The position numbers were made by a program, and so were the translations under genes. From positions 42,208 through 106,207 of the forward strand of contig JAYOFA010000005.1 of the NCBI GenBank assembly GCA_038116935.1: a stretch of DNA of 64,000 nucleotides, in the 5' to 3' direction. Each line of letters starts with the position of its first letter. The first letter of the stretch is position 1. The notes below the pieces were generated by a model. It made no database searches. It saw only the letters and a program-made list of their open reading frames with translations, and was not told where the DNA came from. This DNA is from Candidatus Puniceispirillum sp. GTDB lineage: Bacteria > Pseudomonadota > Alphaproteobacteria > Puniceispirillales > Puniceispirillaceae. This document shows, piece after piece, positions 45,160 through 57,292 of the stretch.

Positions 45160-45996
45160 ATGCCTGAGCTTCCTGAGGTTGAAACCGTCCGCCGGGCATT
45201 GGTGCCGGCGATGCAGGGCCGCAAGATCACGGCGGCCTTTGTCGGGCGTGATGATTTACGCTGGCCATTGCCAACCGATTTGGCAAACCGGATTACCGGG
45301 CGGCAAGTTACCGGCCTAGACCGCCGCGCCAAATATATTCTGATCCGGCTGTCAGGTGACGAGGTGCTTCTTCTGCATCTTGGCATGTCGGGTTCGGTGC
45401 GTATCCATCATACGCCGCCCCACTTGGCAAAACATGACCATGTCATGGTCGAGATGGCGCCAGATGCAACCGGTCAACCGGCCTTTGTCGTCTTCAGGGA
45501 CCCGCGACGATTTGGCTGGATTGATCTTTTTTCGGCCGCCGCCGAACCGCAGCATAAGCTGTTGGCGCATTTAGGGCCTGAGCCGCTTGGCAATGCGTTC
45601 TCGCCAGCTTATCTTGCCGCCTGTTTGAAGACCCGGACCGGCCCGATCAAAACGGTGTTGCTGAACCAACAGCTGGTTGCCGGCCTTGGTAATATATATG
45701 TCAGTGAAGCGCTGTTTCGTGCTGGCATATCGCCGCGTCGTCGGGCCGCAAGCATTCGCGGCGCCCGGGCAGACCGGCTTGCTGCGGCGATCATCGACAC
45801 CTTGCGCGCGGCGATTGCCGATGGTGGCACGTCATTGCGTGACCATGTACAGCCAGGCGGGGATATTGGGTATTTTGTTCAACGTCTTGCGGTCTATGGG
45901 CGTGCCGGAGAGCCGTGCCCAACTTGCGCCGCGCCGGTAAAAAGCCTGGTGCAGGCCGGCCGCAGCAGTTTTTACTGTTCTCGCTGCCAACGCTAG
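45160..45996 (+). CDS. mutM: Formamidopyrimidine-DNA glycosylase
   Basis: The obligatory N-terminus MPELPEVETVRR (catalytic Pro2) fixes the start at 45160. C-terminal zinc finger CPTCAAPV..FYCSRCQ. Confidence 0.95.
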   Translation: MPELPEVETVRRALVPAMQGRKITAAFVGRDDLRWPLPTDLANRITGRQVTGLDRRAKYILIRLSGDEVLLLHLGMSGSVRIHHTPPHLAKHDHVMVEMAPDATGQPAFVVFRDPRRFGWIDLFSAAAEPQHKLLAHLGPEPLGNAFSPAYLAACLKTRTGPIKTVLLNQQLVAGLGNIYVSEALFRAGISPRRRAASIRGARADRLAAAIIDTLRAAIADGGTSLRDHVQPGGDIGYFVQRLAVYGRAGEPCPTCAAPVKSLVQAGRSSFYCSRCQR

Positions 45997-46034
45997 GTCT
46001 ATACTTAACGCGGTGAGCAGCCAGCACCCCAGCA

Positions 46035-46448
46035 ATGACAGGCGACAATATGGTTTGCACAATTTTATCATCGGCGCCGCCCAAGCTAAAACACCACCTT
46101 GTTGTTTTGGTAGCAGCGATCTTCTGCCTTGCCAGTGCCGGACAGCTGGCGCGCGCTGATACCCCGCAATATCGCTGGGTTGGTGATTTGCCGATCATGA
46201 CCGGCTGGGAGATTGAGGCCGAACTAGGATTTTCCTTTGATTCGCCGAATGGCCGTATCGTGATGGTATTTGCGTCAACAGCGGCAAAAGCTGCGGACAT
46301 CATGGCGTTTTACAACCCCGCACTGGCCCAGCTTGGCTGGACCGGTGGGGCTGGCAGCTGGACGCGGGATGGTGAAAAACTGGTGATCAGCGAGGTCGAA
46401 ACCGCCCGTGGTCCGCTATGGCGGCTAATGTTACAGCCAAACTCGTGA
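46035..46448 (+). CDS. Hypothetical secreted protein
   Basis: 137-aa ORF with a signal-like segment HHLVVLVAAIFCLASAGQLARA. I recognise no family motif. It is called only on ORF length, position between genes and signal peptide. Confidence 0.5.
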   Translation: MTGDNMVCTILSSAPPKLKHHLVVLVAAIFCLASAGQLARADTPQYRWVGDLPIMTGWEIEAELGFSFDSPNGRIVMVFASTAAKAADIMAFYNPALAQLGWTGGAGSWTRDGEKLVISEVETARGPLWRLMLQPNS

Positions 46449-46479
46449 AATCATATCCGTGCCGAATCGGCAAAAGCGC

Positions 46480-46509
46480 TTGACCTTATTGGCAAAAAGG
46501 GCTTATAAG
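46480..46509 (+). promoter_or_regulatory. Putative sigma70-type promoter of rpsT
   Basis: TTGACC (46480-46485), 18-nt spacer, TATAAG (46504-46509), about 47 nt upstream of the rpsT ATG. Confidence 0.4.
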
Positions 46510-46555
46510 CCCCGTTCAGTTTCATTTGTCTCGACGATTGAGGGGCTAAAACCCG

Positions 46556-46822
46556 ATGGCAAATCATAAATCATCCAAAAAGCGGATTATCCGCAACGCC
46601 AACCGCGCTGTGATCAATGGCGCCCGCATGAGCCGCATCCGGACCTTTGTGAAAAAGGTTGAAATGGCCATCGCTTCGGGTGACGCCGATGCAGCGCGCG
46701 CTGCCTTGCGTGCGGCCCTGCCTGAAATGCAGCGTGGTGTGACGCGTGGCGTGTTTCACAAAAACACGGTGTCACGCAAAATCTCGCGGCTGAATGCCCG
46801 GGTAAAGGCGCTTGCTGCGTGA
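46556..46822 (+). CDS. rpsT: 30S ribosomal protein S20
   Basis: [17 protein letters not shown].., 88 aa, basic. Confidence 0.95.
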   Translation: MANHKSSKKRIIRNANRAVINGARMSRIRTFVKKVEMAIASGDADAARAALRAALPEMQRGVTRGVFHKNTVSRKISRLNARVKALAA

Positions 46823-46869
46823 CCGATTGCTAGCGAATCGGCGTAACGCATCACGCCCATCATGAAAAT

Positions 46870-46899
46870 GCCCGCACCGGCACCGGTAGCGGGCTTTTT
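46870..46899 (+). terminator. Rho-independent terminator after rpsT
   Basis: GCCCGC..GCGGGC stem (with inner ACCGG/CCGGT pairing) followed by TTTTT. Confidence 0.75.
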
Positions 46900-47337
46900 G
46901 CTGCCGATTCGCTGACCATCTATGCCGAAAGCCACGCTGTTTGTTGCCGCTTGCGCGCGCTGAACATGTTTAAAACGCCACCTGCGCGGTGTTTATTTCA
47001 TCACATGTTAGCTGCCATAGCTGATGCCAAGGATGACCTGTTTGCGATTCGCTGTTTGATTGTGTTTGTTTTTTGCCAACCGAACCGGATTTCTGCCGTT
47101 TTTCTTGTCAATCAAAATAACTGTCATTTGGTGTAGTTTATTTTGCCTAAAACGGCGTGCGGTGCCTTGCAACATCCGGCCGAAAAAAATAACCTTACCG
47201 CATGCCTTGAAGATGGCTCGTCCTCGGCGTTCAACGCGAGCGGCCGCCACCTCTTCAAGGAACCTGCCTTTTTTTTCGAAAGGCTTAAACCCTGTAACTT
47301 TCTGCCGCCTTAAGTGGCTTCAATTGGAGCTTGGTGC

Positions 47338-48813
47338 ATGACCGGCGATTTGACGCATAAAAGCAATCACGCATCAGGTTACAGCCAGCATAGCCGTGAC
47401 CCCGCCGCTCTGACCGATGGCCCTGACAGCCATATCGAAGCCTGTTGGGGCCGTGTCAACCAGCGCATGCGTAAAGATATTGGGGATGCAGCATGGCGTA
47501 GCTGGATCAAGCCTTTGCGGGTCAGCCGGCTTGAGGATGGCACCCTGACGCTTGAGGCTGATTCGACGTTGGCGCGTGAACGCGTCAGCAGTCAATATGC
47601 TGATCGACTGCGGGTGATCTCGGCGGCTGAATTTGGTGATGTTGTCTCGACGATTCGGCATATAGAAGTGCGGCTTGCCAGCGTTGTTGGCCGCGCAACG
47701 AACGTGCCGCGCCGCTTAACTGGTCAGGCGGCTACCAGCCCATCATCTGCCGCCCCATCGATGGCCACACCGCGTGACCCGAAAGACGAGGCGACAGCCG
47801 GTCTCGATCCGCGCTATACTTTTGCCAATTTCGTGGTTGGAAAACCGAATGAGCTGGCATTCGCTGTGGCGCGCCGCGCCGCCGAGAGCACGCATGTCGC
47901 GTTCAACCCGCTGTTTCTTTATGGCGGTGTTGGTCTTGGCAAAACCCATTTGATGCATGCGATCGCTTGGCATATTCGTGAACAGAATCCCTCGCGCAAG
48001 GTGATGTATCTGTCGGCCGAAAAATTCATGTATCGGTTTGTGCGTGCCTTGCGATTCCGTGACACCATGTCATTCAAGGAACAGTTTCGCTCGGTCGATG
48101 TGCTGATGATTGACGATGTACAATTCATCAGCGGCAAAGATTCAACCCAAGAAGAGTTTTTTCATACCTTTAATGCGCTGGTCGAGGATGGGCGGCAGGT
48201 GATTATTTCTGCCGACAAGTCGCCGACCGACCTTGAAGGCATGGAAGAGCGTCTTCGCTCGCGGCTTGGCTGGGGCATGGTCGCCGATATTCATCCGGCT
48301 GATTATGAATTGCGTTTGGGCATCCTGCAGTCAAAGGCGGAAAAAGCGCCGGTTGATATTCCGGATAAGGTTCTTGAATTCATGGCGCATCGCATCGTCA
48401 GCAATGTGCGCGAACTTGAAGGCGCACTGAACCGTATTTTAGCGCATGCGATGCTTGTCGGCCGCGCTATCACCATCGACAGCACCGCCGAGTTGCTGGC
48501 CGATCTGTTGCGGGCCAGCAGTCGTCAGGTCAGTGTCGATGCGATTCAAAAGCAGGTGGCGGCGCATTATGGGGTTCGCCTGTCGGAAATGTTCTCCGCC
48601 CGTCGGTCGCGTGATATCGCCCGGCCACGGCAGATCGCCATGTATCTGGCCAAGAACCTGACCTCTTTGTCTTATCCTGATATTGGGCGGCAATTCGGAG
48701 GGCGTGATCACACAACGGTCATGCATGCGGTCAAAACGATTGAAAATCTGGCCAACAATGATGCGAGAATAAATGAAGATTTGACGCTTCTGAAATCGCT
48801 GATCGCTAGTTGA
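47338..48813 (+). CDS. dnaA: Chromosomal replication initiator protein DnaA
   Basis: Walker A LFLYGGVGLGKTHLMHAI, Walker B DVLMIDDVQF, DNA-binding domain GGRDHTTVMHA. The ATG at 47338 has GGAG 8 nt upstream; the track ORF begins at the GTG at 47314. Confidence 0.96.
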   Translation: MTGDLTHKSNHASGYSQHSRDPAALTDGPDSHIEACWGRVNQRMRKDIGDAAWRSWIKPLRVSRLEDGTLTLEADSTLARERVSSQYADRLRVISAAEFGDVVSTIRHIEVRLASVVGRATNVPRRLTGQAATSPSSAAPSMATPRDPKDEATAGLDPRYTFANFVVGKPNELAFAVARRAAESTHVAFNPLFLYGGVGLGKTHLMHAIAWHIREQNPSRKVMYLSAEKFMYRFVRALRFRDTMSFKEQFRSVDVLMIDDVQFISGKDSTQEEFFHTFNALVEDGRQVIISADKSPTDLEGMEERLRSRLGWGMVADIHPADYELRLGILQSKAEKAPVDIPDKVLEFMAHRIVSNVRELEGALNRILAHAMLVGRAITIDSTAELLADLLRASSRQVSVDAIQKQVAAHYGVRLSEMFSARRSRDIARPRQIAMYLAKNLTSLSYPDIGRQFGGRDHTTVMHAVKTIENLANNDARINEDLTLLKSLIAS

Positions 48814-49002
48814 TACCGGCATTTTGACCGGACATAAGAGGCCCCTGCCACCAGCTGGTGCGAATCGGCAGAAATTCAATATTTTGCTGCCAGTTTTATA
48901 TTCCCATGCTATATTTTGTGGATCGCCAGTGATGCGATGCTGGCGATTGGTCGATAGTGCCCCGAATTCTGGTATAACCGGTTATAAAAGAAGAGAAAGC
49001 TG

Positions 49003-50106
49003 ATGAAACTGACAATTGATCGTATGAGCCTGTTGCGGCCCCTTGGGCATGTGCAATCCGTTGTCGAGCGCCGCAATACTATTCCCATTTTGGCAAATGT
49101 GGTGTTGCGGGCCGATGCTGGCGAATTGTCGTTAACGGCCACCGATATGGATATGGATATTGCCACCAAGGTTGGCTGTTCGGTGGTGACGCCCGGTACC
49201 GCCACCATGTCGGCGCATCTTCTCTATGACATTGCGCGCAAATTGCCTGACGGGGCTGAAGTTGAAATTGCGATCAGTGACGGTCAGGCAATGGTTAGTG
49301 CCGGCCGGTCCAGTTTTCGCCTGCCAACCCTGCCGGTAGAGGATTTTCCGGCGATCAGCAGCAGTGAGTTGCCGGTTGGCTTTTCGCTGATGGCAGCCGA
49401 CATCCGTGATTTGATCGATGCCACTCGTTTCGCGATTTCGACCGAGGAAACTAGATATTATCTGAACGGTATTTATTTGCATAAAGGCGATGCTGGTGAT
49501 TTGTGCGCGGTCGCAACCGATGGGCATCGTTTGGCGCTGACACGGCAATCATTGCCGGCCGGCGCGGCGCAAATGCCAGCGGTAATTTTGCCGCGTAAGG
49601 TGGTTGGCGAACTGCGTAAGTTGCTTGATGATTTTGATGGTGATGTCGGAATCGGCCTGTCTGAAACCCGCGTTGAATTCAGTTTTGGGGCGGTACGGTT
49701 GACCAGCAAACTGATCGATGGAACATTCCCAGATTACACGCGGGTTATTCCGGTTGGCAATGATCGTATTATGCAGGTTGATGTCGGGGCGTTTTCGGCA
49801 GCGGTTGATCGGGTGTCAACGATCGCCTCGGAAAAATCCCGGTCGGTCAAGCTGGGCTTGTCAGCTGGCAGCCTGACCCTGTCGGCGAGCAATACCGATG
49901 CGTCAAGCGCGACCGAGGAATTGGAAGTCAGCTATGACGGCCCGGACATGGAGATCGGCTTTAACGCGCGCTACCTTCTCGATATTGCCGGGCAGGTCAA
50001 TAGCGATCTTGTAGAATTTGCGCTGGCTGACCAAGGGGCGCCAAGCCTGGTGCGCGCCCCCGGTGACGAGGCGAACTTGTTTGTTTTGATGCCGATGCGT
50101 GTGTGA
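49003..50106 (+). CDS. dnaN: DNA polymerase III beta sliding clamp
   Basis: MKLTIDRMSLLRPLGHVQSVVERRNTIPILANV N-terminus, 367 aa, dnaA-dnaN-recF context. Confidence 0.95.
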   Translation: MKLTIDRMSLLRPLGHVQSVVERRNTIPILANVVLRADAGELSLTATDMDMDIATKVGCSVVTPGTATMSAHLLYDIARKLPDGAEVEIAISDGQAMVSAGRSSFRLPTLPVEDFPAISSSELPVGFSLMAADIRDLIDATRFAISTEETRYYLNGIYLHKGDAGDLCAVATDGHRLALTRQSLPAGAAQMPAVILPRKVVGELRKLLDDFDGDVGIGLSETRVEFSFGAVRLTSKLIDGTFPDYTRVIPVGNDRIMQVDVGAFSAAVDRVSTIASEKSRSVKLGLSAGSLTLSASNTDASSATEELEVSYDGPDMEIGFNARYLLDIAGQVNSDLVEFALADQGAPSLVRAPGDEANLFVLMPMRV

Positions 50107-50113
50107 GTAGCTA

Positions 50114-53754
<3,641 letters not shown>

Positions 53755-53796
53755 TTGTCGGGTGGTGGCTGGTGCCACCCTGCCCTGCCGGCTGCT

Positions 53797-55068
53797 ATGG
53801 TCAAGCTAAGACAGGATAGTGACCGGGCACTAGCCGCCACCATCGATGCACGGATCTTGTTTACGATCCGCTGGGTAGCGGTGGTTGGTCAGACCGCGGC
53901 CTTGCTGTTCACCGAACTTATTTTGGGACTGCCATTGCCGATGGTTCCGGCATTGTTTGTTGTCAGCCTGTCGGTCCTGCTTAATCTTTGGTTGATACGT
54001 CAGGCCCAACGCCATCAACCAAGTGATAAATATAATCTTATGGTGCTTGGATTTGATGTGGTCCAGCTTGCCGCGCTGCTCTATCTGACAGGCGGGCTTT
54101 TGAACCCGTTTTCAGTGATGATTTTGGCCCCGGTAGTGGTGTCAGCGGCGGTGTTGCGTCGTCAGTCGACGCTGGTGTTAATCGGTTTGGTGGCCGCGTC
54201 AGTCAGTTTTTTATTGCTGTTCAATCTACCGCTTGATTGGCAGGCTGATTTTGCTGTTCCGGCAGATTATCGAGCTGGTGTGTGGCTGGCCTTGGTGCTG
54301 ACAAGCTGTTTTCTTGGTGGCTATGTCTGGTGGGTAGCGTCAAGTGCGCGGCATTTGTCCGGCGCGCTTGCCGATGCCAATTTGGCACTTGTCGAGGAAC
54401 AGCAAACGCGTGCCCTTGGGACCTTGGCAACGGCGGCAGCGCATAAGCTTGGCTCGCCCCTCAACACCATTACTGTGATAGGGCATGAACTGGCGCGTGA
54501 CATCTCGCCGGATGATCCGATTTATGATGATATCCAGCTGTTGCGTGCCGAAATAGAACGGTGTCGGGTGATCCTTGGTGAATTGGATGTCGTTCAAGGT
54601 CGCCGCGCCATCGCCGAAGAACCCCCATTACCGATTGATCGGCTTGTCGATGAGGTGATTTTTCAACGCCTGAAACAGGGCGAAACACGCTTTAGCATCA
54701 CCCATATGGATAGCGACGGTGCCCTGCCATTAGTGGTGCCGCGCCCAGAATTGCTTCATGCACTCGAAAATTTGTTGCAAAATGCGATGCAGTTTTCCCG
54801 ATCGGCGGTTGATGTCCATATTGAATGGACCGGCGATCATATCCATATCTCCATAACAGATGACGGGCCGGGTTTTACCGCATCCGTTCTGGCTCGGGCC
54901 GGTCAGCCGTGGAACAGTGCGCGGGCCGGCGAGGGCGGGCATCGCGGCCTTGGCCTGTTCATTGCCAAGTCGTTGATCCATTCGATGGGCGGTGTAGTGA
55001 AGTTTGGCAACAGCCAGCAGGCCGGCGCTACGATTATGATAACCGTGCCGCGCGTGGCGCTGGGATAA
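53797..55068 (+). CDS. regB: Redox-responsive sensor histidine kinase RegB/PrrB/ActS
   Basis: Multi-TM N-terminus with the quinone-site heptapeptide TGGLLNPF, H-box AAAHKLGSPLN, redox-box cysteine in IERCRVILGEL, G-box GLGLFIAKS. The ATG at 53797 is preferred over the track start at 53755. Confidence 0.88.
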   Translation: MVKLRQDSDRALAATIDARILFTIRWVAVVGQTAALLFTELILGLPLPMVPALFVVSLSVLLNLWLIRQAQRHQPSDKYNLMVLGFDVVQLAALLYLTGGLLNPFSVMILAPVVVSAAVLRRQSTLVLIGLVAASVSFLLLFNLPLDWQADFAVPADYRAGVWLALVLTSCFLGGYVWWVASSARHLSGALADANLALVEEQQTRALGTLATAAAHKLGSPLNTITVIGHELARDISPDDPIYDDIQLLRAEIERCRVILGELDVVQGRRAIAEEPPLPIDRLVDEVIFQRLKQGETRFSITHMDSDGALPLVVPRPELLHALENLLQNAMQFSRSAVDVHIEWTGDHIHISITDDGPGFTASVLARAGQPWNSARAGEGGHRGLGLFIAKSLIHSMGGVVKFGNSQQAGATIMITVPRVALG

Positions 55069-55191
55069 TCTGGTTTTGGGGTGTGGCAGCCGACAAGATA
55101 ATTGGCGACAGACTTGGCCTTGACGCTTGACTGGTGTTAGATTGAAACAGGGTAATAAAGGCTCTGCTAATCAGCTGTAACAGGACAAAAC

Positions 55192-55722
55192 GTGACTGAA
55201 AAATCCTTGCTGATCCTTGATGATGATGCGCCGTTGCGTGGTCGCCTGCGCCGGGCGATGGAAGTGCGGGGGTTTGACGTTGTTGATGCCGGATCGGTTC
55301 AAGAAGGCAGCGACTTGTTGCGAAAATTGGCGCCGGCCTATGCGATCCTCGATATGAAACTGGAGGATGGAACCGGCCTTGCGCTGGTGCCCGAACTTCG
55401 GCGCAAGCGTACAGACTGCCGCATTGTGATGCTGACCGGCTTTGGCAATATTGCTACCGCCGTTGCCGCGGTTAAAGCTGGCGCGGTTGATTATCTACCA
55501 AAACCGGCCGACCCTGATCAGATCAGCGCCGCCCTGTTGCAAACCGGCAATGACATGCCACCACCGCCGCAAGACCCGATGAGTGCCGACCGTGTACGGT
55601 GGGAACATATTCAGCGTGTCTATGAGCAATGCGGGCGCAATGTATCGGAAACCGCGCGTCGCCTTCGGATGCATCGGCGGACTTTGCAGCGTATTTTAAG
55701 CAAACATGCGCCTCGTGATTGA
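55192..55722 (+). CDS. regA: Response regulator RegA/PrrA/ActR (receiver + Fis-type HTH)
   Basis: Receiver Asp in YAILDMKLEDG, and the near-invariant HTH NVSETARRLRMHRRTLQRIL. Confidence 0.92.
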   Translation: MTEKSLLILDDDAPLRGRLRRAMEVRGFDVVDAGSVQEGSDLLRKLAPAYAILDMKLEDGTGLALVPELRRKRTDCRIVMLTGFGNIATAVAAVKAGAVDYLPKPADPDQISAALLQTGNDMPPPPQDPMSADRVRWEHIQRVYEQCGRNVSETARRLRMHRRTLQRILSKHAPRD

Positions 55723-55792
55723 CCTGTTTGCCGGTTGTCGCTATTGCTGTAACCCGAGCTTGCCATCTAATGTGGCGATCCTTTGGGGTGAG

Positions 55793-55984
55793 ATGATGAA
55801 AAAATCCTATCGCTTTCTTAGCGGGCCAGACGATGCGGCATTTTGCCAGCGCGTATCGGATGCGCTTGCCGACGGCTATGTGCTTTATGGCAGTCCGGTA
55901 ATGGTCGTTGATAATGGTGTCCGTATCGTTGGTCAGGCGATAGTTCTGCCATCATCAGATACAGCCAAGGATGACCCGTCATGA
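55793..55984 (+). CDS. DUF1737-like small protein
   Basis: MKKSYRFLSGPDDAAFCQRVSDALADGYVLYGSPVMVVDNGVRIVGQAIVLP matches my recollection of the DUF1737 pattern (YR.L.GPDD..FC.RV...L..GW.LYGSP...VGQA). The stop overlaps the metZ ATG (ATGA). Confidence 0.65.
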   Translation: MMKKSYRFLSGPDDAAFCQRVSDALADGYVLYGSPVMVVDNGVRIVGQAIVLPSSDTAKDDPS

Positions 55985-57177
55985 CCGAAAAGGATTACAA
56001 CATCGCGACCAAATTAGTGCGTGGCGCACATGTGCGCTCGCCGCATAACGAGACGTCTGAGGCGCTCTATATGACGTCCGGTTTTGTCTATGAGTCGGCC
56101 GAGCAGGCCGCGGCGGCCTTTCGTGATGAGGATGATTGCTTTGTCTATTCGCGTTATGGCAACCCGACGGTTAAAATGTTTGAACAGCGCCTCGCCCTGC
56201 TTGAAGGCGCCGAGGCCTGCCGGGCCACCGGCACTGGTATGGCCGCTGTTTTTGGTGCGGTCGCCTGTCAATTATCGAGTGGTGACCGCATTGTTGCCAG
56301 CCGGGCTTTGTTTGGGGCCTGCCATGCTATTTTGACAAAAATCCTGCCAAAATGGGGGGTTGTTACTGAACTGATTGATGGTCGTGACCTGTCAGCATGG
56401 GCTGCCGCATTGAAAACGCCGGCAAAGCTGGTGTTTCTGGAAAGTCCGTCAAACCCGGTTCTTGAGCTTGTTGATATTAAAGCGGTGGCTGAATTGGCGC
56501 ATGCTGCTGGTGCGATGGTGATGGTTGATAATGTATTTGCCTCGCCGTTATATCAAAAACCGTTAGACCTTGGGGCGGATATCGTCATCTATTCGACAAC
56601 CAAACATATCGATGGGCAGGGCCGGCTTCTTGGCGGTGCCGTTCTTGGCAAGACCGCTTTTGTCGAGGACGTGTTTTTACCTTTCTATCGGCAAACTGGC
56701 GCGGCGATGAGTGCGTTCAACGCGTGGGTTATGCTGAAATCACTGGAAACGCTGCCGCTGCGGGTGGACGCCCAAACCCGTAATGCGGCGGCGGTTGCCG
56801 ACTTCCTTTTCCGCCACCCGCTTGTCCAGTCGATCAATTACCCCGGCCATGAAAGCCATCCGCAACATGCGCTGGCCAAGACCCAAATGTCGGGCTTTGG
56901 CAATATGTTGGCCTTTGAAATAACCGGTGGTCAGGACGCAGCCTTTACCTTTTTGAATGCGCTGAGCTTGATCGATATATCGAACAACCTTGGCGATTCA
57001 AAATCATTGGCCTGTCATCCTTTTACCACAACTCATGCAAATCTCAGCGATGAAGATCGGGCCAGCTTGAACATCACGGCAAGCCATATCCGCATATCGG
57101 TTGGCCTAGAGGACAGTGCCGATCTGATCGCCGATATCGACAGCGCCTTGGCCGCCGTGGCGGTGATGCCGCATTAA
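55981..57177 (+). CDS. metZ: O-succinylhomoserine sulfhydrylase
   Basis: Cys/Met-metabolism PLP enzyme with PLP-lysine motif IYSTTKHIDGQGR. Its length and N-terminus are typical of MetZ. Confidence 0.88.
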   Translation: MTEKDYNIATKLVRGAHVRSPHNETSEALYMTSGFVYESAEQAAAAFRDEDDCFVYSRYGNPTVKMFEQRLALLEGAEACRATGTGMAAVFGAVACQLSSGDRIVASRALFGACHAILTKILPKWGVVTELIDGRDLSAWAAALKTPAKLVFLESPSNPVLELVDIKAVAELAHAAGAMVMVDNVFASPLYQKPLDLGADIVIYSTTKHIDGQGRLLGGAVLGKTAFVEDVFLPFYRQTGAAMSAFNAWVMLKSLETLPLRVDAQTRNAAAVADFLFRHPLVQSINYPGHESHPQHALAKTQMSGFGNMLAFEITGGQDAAFTFLNALSLIDISNNLGDSKSLACHPFTTTHANLSDEDRASLNITASHIRISVGLEDSADLIADIDSALAAVAVMPH

Positions 57178-57292
57178 GGCTGGCATGAATAGCCAAATGG
57201 CGTGCCACGCCGCCTGTTGAAGTGATGATGCCGACAGCTTATCTATAGGCTCAGATATTGCGGTTCACTGCTGTCCATGGAAAGGCGCTATT

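Noticed and set aside
46823-47337. The 515-bp AT-rich rpsT-dnaA gap (the largest intergenic region in the window) as oriC
   Set aside because: I found no CCACA/TGTGG core, so there is no DnaA box even allowing two mismatches. There is also no convincing CtrA TTAA-N7-TTAA site. It is more likely the dnaA promoter/leader region. ORFs 46951..47136, 47060..47341 and 47008..47250 look non-coding (Phe/Cys/Leu-rich, AT-skewed).
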